Below are positions 31,942-47,200 of a stretch of 64,000 bases of DNA, piece by piece. The notes beneath the pieces were generated by a model, which searched no databases, was not told the DNA's origin, and was given only the letters and a program-made list of their open reading frames with translations. Every line of letters begins with the position of its first letter. The stretch's first letter is position 1. The translations under genes were made by a program, and so were the position numbers. The DNA comes from Acanthaster planci (lineage: Eukaryota), in contig NW_019091356.1 of the NCBI RefSeq assembly GCF_001949145.1, forward strand, positions 1,801,667 through 1,865,666. Direction: 5' to 3'.

Positions 31942-33831
31942 ATGGATAAAGTCGTACAGACAAAACTGAAGTTCGTGGTTTCACTGAGCGTTAATAGGCA
32001 CTCCAAAGCGGGCATCCGATCCATCTGTAACCGGCTGGCCACGGAAAACTTTGACAAGCTGACATGTCGTCCCCAGGGTAGCATGCTGTATGTCGGATGT
32101 GGAGCTGGAGAGGAAGCCGTTATTCTAGCCACTAGGGTACGATGTGTCATCACCGGTAGGTCTACAACAAGCATTCGGAATGGTTTGCTCTGATAACGGG
32201 CACGTAAGGATATATAGGCCTACGAAGCCGGTCAAAAGGCCAAGGGAGGGGACATTATCAGCCGTGGGCTTGATGACTGATGAGCCTAGGACCCGGGTGC
32301 CATATATCGCCAGTGATCTTACCAGATTCTCACTTTACATATGTAGTGAAATTAAAATACATGTACTGTAAACACCTACATCGTGTGTGCTATTTGCGTT
32401 TCGTTTAGGTATCGACGTCGATCCTGCTATCCTTGAGATTGCGAAGACTGATTACCCTGCTGACAACGTGGAGTGCTTGCTGGACGACCTTGAGGATATC
32501 AGCCCCAACCTCCCCAAGCGGACGGGCGCCTTCGACAAAGTGGTGAGCATTGACCGCATCAAGCTCTTCCCCGAGGTGGCAACCGTCCTGCGCAACAGGG
32601 TGGACTGCCTCAAGCCCGGGGGCGAGATGTTGGCCATCATTCCCAACAACGACTTCAGTTTCTTCGACGGAGCGGCCAAGATGATTGAGGAGCATCCCGA
32701 GTGGGGACAGGAATTCAAGGTGAAGCATCCCCAGCATCTTCCTTGTCTGACCTAAGTCGTACCAAGATCGGAGCCATCTGCTGGCCGGGGGAGCCAATGC
32801 TCTCTCAAATAACAAGAGTTGGCAAAGAAAAGGTCGTTTAATTCCCCCTACACTAAATCAAACTTCTCTGGTTCTCTGCTCAAGCGAATAGCTCATACAA
32901 TTAGCTCTCATGTATTGTTAACGTTGCTGGGACCTTGTTATCTTGTTTAATCGGGGTAAAAAGTAACGAACACCGAAGAAATCAAGCGTTTGGGATCCTC
33001 AGAACTTGTGTCCCCATGACAGTGATGTTGTAACGACGCTCTTTATTATATCGAGAATCCTCTGTGGCAAGCGAGCAGGGACGGCGCTGGTCACATGAAG
33101 ACTGAAGGTTCACGTCTTGGCTATGAAGCGATTACTGCTTCTTGTAGCATAAACCAACATCACACTTGTAATTGTCAGAACAATACTGACAGGAAATTCT
33201 TTAAACATAAAATGTACACAAAGCAGGGGGGTGACAATTTGGCACAAGACCGAGGAGCAGGCGGAGACACTTCTGAGAGGACTCTCTGAGTGGTCTAAAC
33301 TCTCAACTCAGCTGTACGACTCAGGAGTTACGCTTCAGCGTTACTGAAGAGAAAACAAAGCGTGAGCAACATATTCCATAAACCAAACAAGCAAAAAGAA
33401 ATTACTGCTGATTAAAGGAACATTGTGGAGAAAGGCGAGTTAGGCGGTAAATGCCAATGTTTTAGGGGCACGATGGACCTGATCGCAATACAATAGCTTC
33501 ACTTCGATGATGAAATGTCTTCATAGGACTATTATATTCAATTCAATGTTTCTATTTGACTTCAGTTTTGGACTACTTTTGTTTCGCTCCTTGAAGAACT
33601 TGTGGAAGTGTAAAAGTTTCCAACTTTTCATTCCTGAGAGGAAGTTAACTTTCCCTTTTTTTCTGCCGGACAGTTATATGGTTGGATGTCTTGAGGCCGT
33701 GGAGCAAGTTGGCGAGTCTAACCAGACGGCGTGCCTGGCTATGGGCTCGGGCCGAGTATGGGTACAACGAAGACGGCACACTCGAGAAATCTTCCGAATT
33801 CATGGTGGTTTATGGAGTCAAGAAGAACTAG
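31942..33831 (+). pseudogene. Methyltransferase copy 3, probable pseudogene
   Basis: Exons 1 (31942-32155) and 2 (32409-32719) are intact. Exon 3 (~33224-33361) has no in-frame acceptor and a 7-nt insertion near 33301. Exon 4 (33674-33831) has 1-nt and 11-nt deletions relative to copies 1/2. Confidence 0.8.
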
Positions 33832-35215
33832 TGGAGAGTCTCCAGAAGAAACCAGTCCGATTTGCCAACAGCACATGCTTAAAATGAAGTCAGGTCATTC
33901 GGGAACAGTGTTCACGAATGACCTACCTTTTTTAAATACGGGAAAAGACGTAAGAAAACACTTAAGAGGGAATGGTCTAGGAACTGTGCTTTTACTCTTA
34001 TTACCATTTCTATAGTCGTTCAGGCCTTTTTGATGCGCTGGTAATTTTAGTTTTGAGCTCCATAGGGAGATGACAGGTAAAGTCCACAAAATTAAACAAC
34101 TCTTCTTTAACAATTAAAAAATGGAAAGAATAAGAAGAACTAGATTGGGCGATTTCCACCATAGTTTGGTTAATTTTGTTTCTGCCATTTTCACTACATC
34201 ATTACTCTCAAATATACTTGAAGATCTGTTAGGTTTAACACTTCTTTGAAATCAACAGCTGCATGATTTTTTGATGGGAAAACAAAATATTTTAGCGATG
34301 TGAAGTGATGCAAATTTATTCATTCAATGAAATTAAATACTGTCTTTTGCAATTGAAACATATTTATAGGGATAAACTAGTTCAGATCCTCACAATAGGA
34401 ATTTAAGATAACTTACAGTAAAACTTGTTTATCATGCACCACAACTCAAGTGATTTATTCATTTATTGAGTTCTTGCTTAAGGCCAATTTTTAGCAGAAA
34501 TGAAACATAGCTGTAAGGTAATTTATATTTAAATATTACACTGAAATTCCGTACGAGTAAAATTTATAAAATGGAACAAAATGTATCAGTGACTGTGAAA
34601 AATAACACATTTGAAATTAAAATTAGTAAATTTCAAATTCTGTTATTTTCCTTTTTTTAATAGCTTTATTAAAGTTTATGTCTTCAGCATCCTTTATAAA
34701 AAATGAAAAAAAATACACAACCTGTCTTTGCAAAAAAATGTTTCGTCAAGCAATTCGTGCCGTCCCTTTTTTTCAAATTTACATCCAAATATTCTTTTTC
34801 CCTGATTATTTACAAAAATCCAAAAGTTCATTTTATTGCAGTCTCTAGGCTTAGCTTTTATACCACTGGATACTCTTATTTACATAATTAGGGGGGGTGG
34901 AGCCTAAATGGCTTGAAAAGGGAGTGACAAGGACAAAATATGGGGAAATATAGATGGAATTGTATTTCTGTTCTTCACCAACAAGCAGAAGAACCTGTAT
35001 GACTCTTTCAAATAGAAAAGGTCATCCCCAAGCTGGCTCTTTCTGATTGTTTCTGTCACCGGTGAGAGAAACTGACGGACTTCAATCTGGAAAAGTTACA
35101 AACTGCGCCTTGCTGCTTCTTAATGCATCTCTTCGATCATGTTCCTGACTTGACACTCTCGTCCAATCGCAGTGTGCTGCTGAGGCTCCTGTGCCAATCC
35201 GCACGTCCTGATTGG

Positions 35216-38200
35216 TTATCTCGCTCCAATGCTGAAGCGCACCATATCGTGCTCAGGTTCCTCCACCAAGACAGTCTGTTCGGTGGGTGGGGATCTCGGT
35301 CGCCGATACCAGTAGAAGGCCCCAAAGGCAGCACCGATAATGACAAAACTGGTGAAGAGCAGGCCAATGGCCAAAGGAACTGCATCCACACACAAATGAA
35401 GCATTAAAGTTCTAAGGATGCGCATCCAAACAAAAATTTAAAATAGAAGTTCGAAGGAACTGCAGTCTGACTGGCATAAAACAAAGTTCCCAGGAACTGC
35501 AATCTGACTGGCATAAAAACAAAGTTCCCAGGAACAGCAATCTGACTGGCATAAAAGCAAAGTTCCCAGGAACTGCAATCTGACTGGCATAAAAACAAAG
35601 TTCCCAGGAACTGTAATCTGACAAATACCGGAATAAAATTAGAGAAATTTCCTGACAAAACTAAAATACCAGCTCAATGGAACTAAATCCACACAAAAAC
35701 CAAATGAAATTCCAAGGAACTAAATCCTGACAGAAATGAACATTTTCCTCACCTGCACTGTTTTTGGACTGAGCATTGCCCTTAGGAACTCTGTTGTTGT
35801 TTGGCTTGGTTAAAGTCGGTGCTTCGGTTGAGGCAGGTTTGGCACCTACAATAAACATAAAAAGGTTTAAAAGTTCCAATTTGAAATTCAAACAGTCAGG
35901 AAAGAATTAACTTTGGCAGGGTTTTCTTACGTGGAAACGTACAAAATTTCTCTTCGATTATACAGCGGTACCAATAGTCAGTTGAAAAACCTGTACATCT
36001 CTGTGGAATTTTCCCAGGATACAAAAAATGAAACAACAACCATGCATCTATCTTTGAACGTGTAGTTCTTTCAGGTTCATACAACTACTAAACAACAGGG
36101 AGAACATTTTTCCTCATGAACCTTTCACAGAAAATCAATTCTGTTTCGTTTTCAGTGCTGTCGTTTTTCTTTCTCTTCATTTAAAACCCTCCCTTACATA
36201 TGTGTTTTTTAAATTTTTAATTTCCATTAACTCTTTATATGGGAATTGTGGTGACAACAGTCTTATAATCCTGTTATTATTAATTTTTGAGCATAGATTT
36301 TCTTCTGAATGATTTAATTTCCTACATGGATGTCCTCTGCACCCTCAAACCATTAAATTAAAAAAAAAAAAACAGGAAAAGGTAGTGAGCTTTGACCCTG
36401 CAGCAGTTCTACGTTTGCTTTCAGTAACTGCTCCAAAGGGTAACAAGGCACATGAAATAGCCTTTGGATATGCTATCTACCAGAATGGGTAGAATTACCC
36501 AGGCACGCGCCTTCTGGAAAGCCACTAAGCTTCTAAGAGGCCGGACAGCCTTCAGAAGGTCATTTATGGGTCACAGGCAAGGCGTGGGCAAGCCAGGCAC
36601 CAGTTGATGTAAAAAAAAAACAGGATGACTCCCATCTGGAGGATGTTTGTACACAGCTGAATGACACTTGGTGAGGGACCGGCTGGATTTTGGTTTCCTG
36701 CTCAGGGAAGGCCCTTTAGTTAAAGGTGACTAAACCAGGCTGTTCAGCATGAACAGAGGTAGGATTACATGGGAGGTGATTGTAGTTGGCCATTTTTTCC
36801 TATTTTTAATCAACTAATTAGCAAAAACGGCATACACAGGAGACGTCAGTGACTCTAGTAAGAGGGTTAAAGAAAACTTTACATGTTTATCTTTGTATTC
36901 ATTTCTGTTAGGGTGGGTGGGTCGGTGCAGCATGTTACGGAGACCTGAAGCCACGTCCCACTGCTGGATTATGGCTGGAAATAATGCTTTTACCTATGAG
37001 AAGCAGCCTGCTGGTGGATGCATTCACTTTCCATAGAAGTGTATTATCGTAAGCCATAGCCAAGTCATTCAGACAAGACTTACCTGGCTGTACACGATTT
37101 CCAGGCTGGTTTGGCATGAAGGGTACATCGTTAGTTGGGTAGACTGGCTGGTTGGGCATGTTGGGTTCATTACCACCAATGCCACCGCCTATTACAAGAA
37201 ACAACAGTATCAATGGGATGAAAATCATTTATAGTTTGATTCTTCATTTTGCTAACTGTAACTCAAGATATTAAAATTCTGTTTTGAAGTCTTAATCTGA
37301 TCTTTCATATCTGATGTAAATAAATAGACTCAGTTCCATCTGCACCGTTTGCAGCCGATGAAAACTGAAGGATTGCCGAAGACTTCCACGATCACCAATT
37401 TTATGACTAGTCAACAAGTCAGTTGCCTGGAATTGCTTTCTTTAGTATTCCAAACAGTGTACTCCCATTTTAAACTGAGAATCTTGCCCATTTTTATGAG
37501 TGAAAAGTGGCTCTTCAAGCAATCCATCAGTAAATTGCTTTGACAAATTCTGCACCTTTAACAAAAACTCTGTACACGCATCATTAAAGTGTAAGCTGAA
37601 CAATGTAACAATTTACTCTCATGTTTACAAGAAATAAATCAACTTGAAAAGTTATACCTGCACAGTTTGGGAGTGGAATGAGTTGGTCCTTAATGAGCGG
37701 CAGGTTGACCGGTGGGGCGGTACCAGGCAATGGTATCAGGACTGCGGCGCTCAGCTGGATGGCACCATTTAACTCCCGGAAATGAATGTTGAGTAAGACC
37801 CCATTCTCTGTCCAATGAAACGAGAGCATTCATTTCGGCTGCCACGGTAAAACTCTGCCCCAACTTCTTTGATGAGGACACCAGCTGATGTTTTTACAAG
37901 GGTAAAATGTCCATTGGGTGAACGTTATCTTGCCCCGACAGCAGTTGGGAAGGCTAAAACTGTTTCAATGTGGAATGCCAAGTTGGCACAATGATGCTTT
38001 CCTGGCCTTGCATCTCTACAACCCGGATTTGAATCCCACCTAGCCGACCCGGGGATCATAGTTTTCAGCCCCCACCCAAATCCACGGAGTTTCCAGAGTG
38101 CAGATACCTGTGGATCCCACCCCTATAAAGATTGCAAGCTACTGGACCAAAGGCATTTTTGACCCATTCTTCCAAAATACACAATCAGAAGCGGATTTTT

Positions 38201-41200
38201 GAGAAACCAGTTTTGGAGAAATGTAGGAAAGTTTCAAAACGTTGTTCCAACACTGCACCTGTAAAAGTGGCTGGTCATATTTGTTAGGGCTGCCTGTTCA
38301 AGGATCTCGGTGGGAGGACTTACTGTTCAGGCTGACGTTAGTATCAGCACTGATTCTCTGCTCCATCACAAAGTCATTGTTGAGACCCCTGACGCTCACT
38401 AGCAACATCATGGGCTGGGTGCAGTGCTTGACTTCAGCGTATATGGAGTAACTTGTGCTGGTGGCTGGTGGCCTCTGAAACGGAGAGGTAAATGGACAGC
38501 GCGCCAGCGTCAGGAAGGGCAATGAGTCAGTGTGGTATTCCCAAAAAAATCAAAGTCATTCAGGAAGAAAGTGGGTGTGTGAGTCCGCTTAGGATCGGGC
38601 TGAGAAGGCAGACCTTGCACATGGGTCTGAATGACCTCGGACGTGCTTCATTTTGGGCATGCTCTGTTGGAATACCGAGCTGGCCCGCTGTCAGATCCTT
38701 TGCGCTCCAAGCAGGACCAAGAGAGGAACATTGGTCCGATGGCTGACAATGGAATGGACACTCCCCACCAACATAGCTACAACAACTGCAACATCAGCAG
38801 AAAGCATAAAGCATACATACAGCTCTGAACTTTGCCCAAATAGGATTTTTAAATTGAAATCCACTCCAGACACCGACTTCCTTCTTTGCAATAAGCGAAA
38901 ACAAATTTTTCATTCGAGATAGGTATGCCTTTAACTGTGCTTAGTGCTTATAATCTCTGTGAAACATGCTGGGCCTCTGTTAGTGTAAAAATCATGTGCT
39001 GAGCAGCCCCGGCAGGATTTAGAATTAGCATATCAGCCAGGGATGGCACTCACTGACCAGGAACTGACCTGGCCATTATAATCAGCGGTGCACATGATGT
39101 GATTGCACATTGGGGCCTCGATGTAACAATACGACACCCGCAGACCGGGCACGTTCATGGCCTTCAGGCTGTTCTCCACCCGCTGCCAGGCAAGGCACTC
39201 TGGGGTTGTGTACTCCAACACCGGGTCGGGGTTCAAGTACTCCATGATGGGTACCGGTGCTGCCACGACGAGGGACATAAAAAGAAATTGGTAATAAAAC
39301 CGACAAAAAGTACTCATTTGCAAATCAGCATTTTCAACCTATGACACATGTCAAAATCTAACAGCTGGTAAATCAACTGGGGTCCAGCAGACCTAAGACA
39401 TAATGACGCTATGCTTTGTTTACATGTGCGTTTGCCTACAAGGGCTCGATGGATCCCGCTTCACTGTCATAGGAATGCATTTCAATATGCGACTGTCTTT
39501 TAGCAAGAGAGCCTCATTTGGAAATGGGGGAAAAAAATGGTGAAACAATATGTGGTTCTTTTTCCAAATTCTTCCTCTAAATTCTGCGATGGGATTGCTC
39601 CCCCCATCCCCAGCTACACCACTCACGGCCCAATGACGGCGGACTTTGACAAACAATGTGTAGAGTTGCCACTGAATCTTGAGGTTGACAAAGCTGGATT
39701 ACAATGACATGGAGGGAAAACTACCTAACTATCCTGGGTGTTCCGGGGGGGGGTGCAGGGTAGGACGTTTTCTGGACGTTGGGAATGGATTAAAAACATT
39801 AAAGGTGGAAAGGGGTCAGTACCGTCAGAGGTATTTTCGAGCAAAATGGTGATTTTTNNNNNNNNNNNNNNNNNNNNNNNNNNNNNNNNNNNNNNNNNNN
39901 NNNNNNNNNNNNNNNNNNNNNNNNNNNNNNNNNNNNNNNNNNNNNNNNNNNNNNNNNNNNNNNNNNNNNNNNNNNNNNNNNNNNNNNNNNNNNNNNNNNN
40001 NNNNNNNNNNNNNNNNNNNNNNNNNNNNNNNNNNNNNNNNNNNNNNNNNNNNNNNNNNNNNNNNNNNNNNNNNNNNNNNNNNNNNNNNNNNNNNNNNNNN
40101 NNNNNNNNNNNNNNNNNNNNNNNNNNNNNNNNNNNNNNNNNNNNNNNNNNNNNNNNNNNNNNNNNNNNNNNNNNNNNNNNNNNNNNNNNNNNNNNNNNNN
40201 NNNNNNNNNNNNNNNNNNNNNNNNNNNNNNNNNNNNNNNNNNNNNNNNNNNNNNNNNNNNNNNNNNNNNNNNNNNNNNNNNNNNNNNNNNNNNNNNNNNN
40301 NNNNNNNNNNNNNNNNNNNNNNNNNNNNNNNNNNNNNNNNNNNNNNNNNNNNNNNNNNNNNNNNNNNNNNNNNNNNNNNNNNNNNNNNNNNNNNNNNNNN
40401 NNNNNNNNNNNNNNNNNNNNNNNNNNNNNNNNNNNNNNNNNNNNNNNNNNNNNNNNNNNNNNNNNNNNNNNNNNNNNNNNNNNNNNNNNNNNNNNNNNNN
40501 NNNNNNNNNNNNNNNNNNNNNNNNNNNNNNNNNNNNNNNNNNNNNNNNNNNNNNNNNNNNNNNNNNNNNNNNNNNNNNNNNNNNNNNNNNNNNNNNNNNN
40601 NNNNNNNNNNNNNNNNNNNNNNNNNNNNNNNNNNNNNNNNNNNNNNNNNNNNNNNNNNNNNNNNNNNNNNNNNNNNNNNNNNNNNNNNNNNNNNNNNNNN
40701 NNNNNNNNNNNNNNNNNNNNNNNNNNNNNNNNNNNNNNNNNNNNNNNNNNNNNNNNNNNNNNNNNNNNNNNNNNNNNNNNNNNNNNNNNNNNNNNNNNNN
40801 NNNNNNNNNNNNNNNNNNNNNNNNNNNNNNNNNNNNNGTCACACCCATACCGTGCACTTCTCATCATTAATGCCAGACATTTACTTTTAAATTTGATTCC
40901 GCCAAAGTAGCTCTTTAAATAAAACAAAAAACCCAAAATATCTTACCATTCGTTGTACAGGGGGGCACTGGAACTTGCTCGTTGCTCATAAAGGATATGT
41001 CAAAACAACCAATCACATCTAGACACACGATGACTTTGATCTGAATCAAAAAAGGAAAGAATACAATGAAGATATGATTAGAAGCCTACTGCTGTCACCA
41101 AGAAAAGCCAGTCTATACAAGATCAAATTATTCTAGGATGCAAAATGAGGGGAAAAATAAGGGGGCGGGGACCTTTAAGGGCTCAATAGATTATCTCAAT

Positions 41201-44200
41201 CTTTAAAGACAAATTGTACTATTGCTATAACGGTTTAGCCCAGCTGCTGCTGTTGTTCTTAAGTGAACACAGCAGGGAAGAGGGTATGTTACAAGACTTC
41301 TAAATTCACAAGCTTACTAAGCAGGGGAAAGTTTTGCTTACTGCGAAATTGACAAGATTACTGCTTGGGGTTGTCATCCAAAATGTCTAGCAAGGTTTAC
41401 TGGTTGAAGTCTGCTCTTGTTGGATTTTTGCTAAACAATTAAATGTGGGCACTGTTCAATGAATGACTCACCGAGGTTTCAATGTAGGCTTTACTGTGCT
41501 GCATAAGGACTTGTAATTTGACGTTTGTGCGCCCTGGAAAATTAGCTACTGTTAAGAAGCAAAAACAACAAACTTCATGAGCTAAGTATATGCATAACTG
41601 AAACAAATATCCAACCAGGACATATCAGAGGAGGGCATAAAGTTTGGACTCCCCATAAAAAGAAACATCAATTCTGTAAATACTCAACATTTAAAAAAAA
41701 AATGAGAATGAATCTAACATTCAACCACAGGGACAGGGGTTTTGAGCACGATTTCGGACACATGTACACTCATTCACTGGCAACATAGCTAAAATGCCTT
41801 GCGGCACCATTTCCGACCCTAGATTTGAACTGACTGACCTGATACATTGTTACAAGACAAAATCATCAAAATTGGGGTTTGCACTGTTGCTCACCAACTG
41901 GGACTGTGGCATTGTGATAGAATCTGTGTTGCCATAGCAACGGGGATCCCGGATTGGTCACAGCCACTGTGTATGACACAGGTACATCACAGTGGTTGAT
42001 GGTAAGGGACACATTGACGGCATAAGTCTGAAATGAATTAAAACACGACCTAGCTTAAAGTGGATTAGGAAAATGATGAATAAATATCCCGATTATAATA
42101 GGATTTTTTTTCCATGTAGAGAGCATAATCGTGATTATATGCTTGATTGTTTGGCTCTTTTGGCAATTTTGCTCAAATCATCATAAAATGCTGACATTTT
42201 TGTGACGAGGAGAACAAATTGGGTTTATATAATAATAGTATGTAAAGCACACTGAAAGTAGCTAAGCTTGGCCCCACCTTTTGTCAACCTCCTCCCCAGT
42301 ATAAGACTGCATCAAGCCCATCCCTCCACAAAGTGTCCACAAGTGTTCCTGATCTTAAACTTTAACACCATTCAAGAAATGGACCTCTGTTTCATTTGTC
42401 GAGAGCCCAATCGCCAAAAATACTCCACAACTGTTGGTTAACTTGCCTCACAAATTACCCCGGCTCACAGGGCGGGCGTTCATGCTTGGATCCAGCTCAG
42501 TCCCCCACATCGCGCCTTATGCATTACCATAGTTACGGCCGACATTAATTCATGCCTTCTTACCAGTATGACGGCGTTGATAGATCCAAAGCAATGGAAA
42601 CCCAGGCAGTCGGGGAAGACGGCACAGGTGAAGCCAGGAGGGGGCGGTACTCTAGCTATCAATGCTTCCATCCTGCCACACTGACTTTGGGGAGGGGGCG
42701 GCGTCCCTGGCATTCCTTCAAACATCCAAAACAGAACAAAGTTAAACAGGTTTACGCTCGAGCACTGCTGACCTTTCAGAACAGTAATCAAGTCACCTCA
42801 AGTAAGGTCAAAGTTTAACATTTTTTTATTTCAGCAACTTATGACCAGTCTTTTGCTTTAAATAGGAATAGGCCGGACTTGGACTCGGGACTGAACTAAG
42901 CAGAAAGACGATGCAGTTTATGCACTTTTATGCATTTAAACTGAGTGAATCGTGCAAGTCTAGCGTTTGAAGAAGACATTGAGATGGGATCATTGAGAGA
43001 ACTTCAAGAAAATTATTACCCAATCCCTACAATATCCACAAAATATGAAGGATTCTAAAGGATTAAGGAAAGTCATATACTGTCATTATTGCTTCACACA
43101 AGGCTTCAAAAGTAATACAAAGATTGGGGCACTATAGTTTCTGGCACCATAGAGGATTTGGCAGGTTCCAAAAGATTCTCAGCTGAACTACTTCTAGATT
43201 TTCTTGAACATGTAAATATTAAACCTAAAATGAATGTGACTCAGTGCTTTCTTCTTTTGTTTCAGGTAAGTCATTGCTGGAGAAAGCTAAAATAAAATTA
43301 GACCAAATAGTACGAGAAATATGAAACCACACAATTTTCTGGAATTTTCAGTGTTAATTTAAGATCCTAACTCTGGGCTTGATACTTGGCAAGAAAAAAT
43401 GATGTGTGACTCAACTTGTTGAAAACTGATGAGATAACAAGAACAATCTTTCTGTGTTGAGTTTAACAAGCNNNNNNNNNNNNNNNNNNNNNNNNNNNNN
43501 NNNNNNNNNNNNNNNNNNNNNNNNNNNNNNNNNNNNNNNNNNNNNNNNNNNNNNNNNNNNNNNNNNNNNNNNNNNNNNNNNNNNNNNNNNNNNNNNNNNN
43601 NNNNNNNNNNNNNNNNNNNNNNNNNNNNNNNNNNNNNNNNNNNNNNNNNNNNNNNNNNNNNNNNNNNNNNNNNNNNNNNNNNNNNNNNNNNNNNNNNNNN
43701 NNNNNNNNNNNNNNNNNNNNNNNNNNNNNNNNNNNNNNNNNNNNNNNNNNNNNNNNNNNNNNNNNNNNNNNNNNNNNNNNNNNNNNNNNNNNNNNNNNNN
43801 NNNNNNNNNNNNNNNNNNNNNNNNNNNNNNNNNNNNNNNNNNNNNNNNNNNNNNNNNNNNNNNNNNNNNNNNNNNNNNNNNNNNNNNNNNNNNNNNNNNN
43901 NNNNNNNNNNNNNNNNNNNNNNNNNNNNNNNNNNNNNNNNNNNNNNNNNNNNNNNNNNNNNNNNNNNNNNNNNNNNNNNNNNNNNNNNNNNNNNNNNNNN
44001 NNNNNNNNNNNNNNNNNNNNNNNNNNNNNNNNNNNNNNNNNNNNNNNNNNNNNNNNNNNNNNNNNNNNNNNNNNNNNNNNNNNNNNNNNNNNNNNNNNNN
44101 NNNNNNNNNNNNNNNNNNNNNNNNNNNNNNNNNNNNNNNNNNNNNNNNNNNNNNNNNNNNNNNNNNTTTTGAGTATAACAAGTGTGTTTTTAGGGCACAT

Positions 44201-47200
44201 CTCACAACTATCCAGAAGCTTCCTGGGGACGAATACTTTTCTTTTCCTTGAAATGCCAGTTGTTGGAAAAAAAAAAGGAAGGACGAAACTTCTCACCAGG
44301 AGTGCAAGGAGGGAACATGATGATGTAGTCTGGTACTATTGGCCAGTTGATTCCTGTACCAAAGCCCCGCGCCTGGAACCATAGCTGCAAACAAAATTTT
44401 ACGAAACTGTGAGAATGAACTGCGCTATCTAGCGCCAGATTCAGGAATGCTTTAGGATATGTTGGGGGGGATCACAGCTGTGCAAGACCGCGTACTGTGT
44501 TCAAATTAAGAATGACACGCAAAAGACATATAAAAAAAAAGGAATTCCAATTATTGAGGAAACGTGACACGCTTGTACATGACTTCCATCCTCCTAGCTA
44601 TGAATAATGTTTCATCTTTCAATGTGACCCAACCTAGAAATGAGTCACAAGTTGCCAGACAGACTTTTGAGTCTACAGGAACCATACGTTTACAGGAACC
44701 ATACACCACGTCAAAAAAAGGAACTCTCAACTTTTTCCACCAAAACAGGGTCAAGTGTCATCGAGACGTAAAGCTGAGTAACTGATCAACATAAAATAGA
44801 GCCCTTTGTACTTCAGTTTGCAAATTAGAACAAGATCACTCCCAATCAAAACATTAAAAATAGACTGTAAGATCCTCTCACAAATGCAACTTTTGGAGAT
44901 CCCTAAACCAAGATTTTAGGATGGAAACATTAATTTAACTGATTTCATAGCTTGTCTTCCACCCTGAAATGGAAGACAATTGTGCAGCAATGAAAATGTT
45001 AAAGCACTGAGTATGTTAAGCAAAAGAAAGGACTATCTGAAAGTCAGAGTTTGACAAATTTCTCTATGTAACAATTATGAAAATTCCTAGACATCAAATA
45101 CAATTAGCAAGGTTGGACATTTCACTGTGATGGAGAGTGTGAGTGGCTGACACAATGTATGATCTGTCTGTCAAGAAATATTAAAGATTTTATAAAACAC
45201 TTCAGAAGCATGAAATAGCTTTCGTTTGATGCTGTGTTATGCTTGATGACTTACTCCAAGCTTCAATCCCTCGGGAACTTTCTTGAAGTTGACAGCAATC
45301 TGAGCCTGGATGCGGATGCCTGGAAGGGGACTGTACTGGAAACCTGTGGAATTCAAAGACACACCTTTGGGCCGTTCAAACGGGAAGGGATCGGTAAGTG
45401 TCGATTCACCGAAAAACAGCACATGGGATGGATCGGAAAGTGTTGATTCACTAAAAACACTCAGGGACGAATCCATTTTTGTCATTATTTTGGTACATGT
45501 ACAAACTGGACTTGTGGGGGGGGGTGGTATCATGTCTCGTATGCTCTTGGAAAATATCAAAAATGAAAAAATATGATAACCAAAAATGAATGGCCCCCAC
45601 TACATCAGATTGTTTTTGTGATGAAAAAAGTCACATGAATGCATGAAAAATTGCAGATTTTAAAAATCCTTTTCACTCTTTGAAAACCACCAAATTCCCT
45701 TATTTTTCTACAAAAATCCAAATAGGTTTTATAATATTTCCCTGATCTGCAATAAATTTAAACACTGACTCTTAGCATCAAGGGTGCGTGAAAATTTGCA
45801 CTGAAACTGGAGGACTCTGGGCCCATTGATTTAAAAGGCATCTCTAAATTTTGGGGGTTTGGAATAGGTTCAGAAGCTTTACGAGAATGTGACTCAGCTA
45901 TAACATCCAACCTGGAAGCGAGATGGTGGTCCCGTGGGTGATCATTTGGCTGAAGTTGATTCCGCTGGAGGGGATGAAGATACGCAGTCTCATCTGTGCC
46001 GGCGTGGCACAGGGATACATCCTCAAACTAATTCCGATGTTCTGTCCCTGTAAATTTTGTGATAATGTCGATTGTGAGTTATTCGGACAGAAACTTTTTC
46101 CCCTGGTCTCCAGCAGGAAGCACCGCACAAACGGTTAAAAATGGACTGAACGCGCACTCTTTCATAAATATCCCAGGTTCTTTAACGTGCACTTGACCAG
46201 TAAATAGGATAGGAATGTGTTAAATATCAGTATAAACATCCAAAATGCTCCTTCGTGTCTCAGTTTTAGTTAATCTTACTTTAATTTTTTTTTCACTATT
46301 TCAAAGTGTACATGGCTACTTTTTGGTTTTTTTTTCACGCTGAAGAGTATTTCTGATGTTCATGAGCATGACTGTGATGTCGTCCAGGGAAAAAAATCTT
46401 CAATTATGATACCTTCGTTTGGGTACCGAAAAATTAGTCTCCGAGATTTTTCTGGTCAATGTTCTCTTCATTGATGATTCACTTTTGTGTAAAAACATGC
46501 CTAGCAATAAGGAAGCAGGCAACCCTTTCAGAAATGTCTTTAGTGAGTAATGCACCTTGTCACCAATGCACCAAACCATCTTCCCTGGATGACATCACAA
46601 TAACAGTGCCCTCATTGTCCAGAAAAGCATGGATCATTAGAACTGTCTAAAAACAGTGCACTGTTCAATACATTTAACCTTAAAGGGACGTCAAACAGGT
46701 TTCAGAAACTGAAGAAGACTGTTAAATTGTGAAGAAGAATTCACTGCAGCTACACTTTAACGAGAAAGACGTGACGCTCACGGTGATAAACGGAAGTCTT
46801 TCTTTTCCTTTCCCACTCCAAGGACACATACGTATGTGTCAGATTTACCTGGCTCCAACTAGAAATAATACACATGAGTCTATAATAGGAAATGCCCTAA
46901 AAGCCACTGGCTGTTGCAAATGTACGTGTTATCTCTAGCGTTAGTTAAGCATTTTAACCCTGGCATACATCAAGCCTGGAAAGCTAAGGATTCTGTCTGA
47001 AATATCTTGTACATTTGTTGGCATCTCGTAACCGCTGCCTCACAGCTTTGAAAATTTTGCCCTTTTTTTCCAGTCAGCGAATCGAGCCACAAATGAACTT
47101 ATTAACTGTGGTAGGTTCCAGGGAACAGCGGTAAAAATGAGCTCATTTGAGAACTTGCTTTTTATGGAAATATTCTTTCTAAAGGTTATTTGTTCCAATA

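Noticed and set aside
22864..32815. Minus-strand ORFs over the methyltransferase exons
   Set aside because: Antisense shadows of GC-rich coding exons.
35447..35622. Repeat of CRISPR-like unit length
   Set aside because: No unique spacers, eukaryotic intron, no cas genes; it is a minisatellite.
37808..37884. Upstream acceptor extending the gene A exon and implying a frameshift
   Set aside because: The acceptor at 37808-37809 gives a clean 150-nt phase 1-1 exon.
39725..44296. Long ORFs of 264-403 aa (also 61424-62167)
   Set aside because: Artefacts of translating N-gaps.
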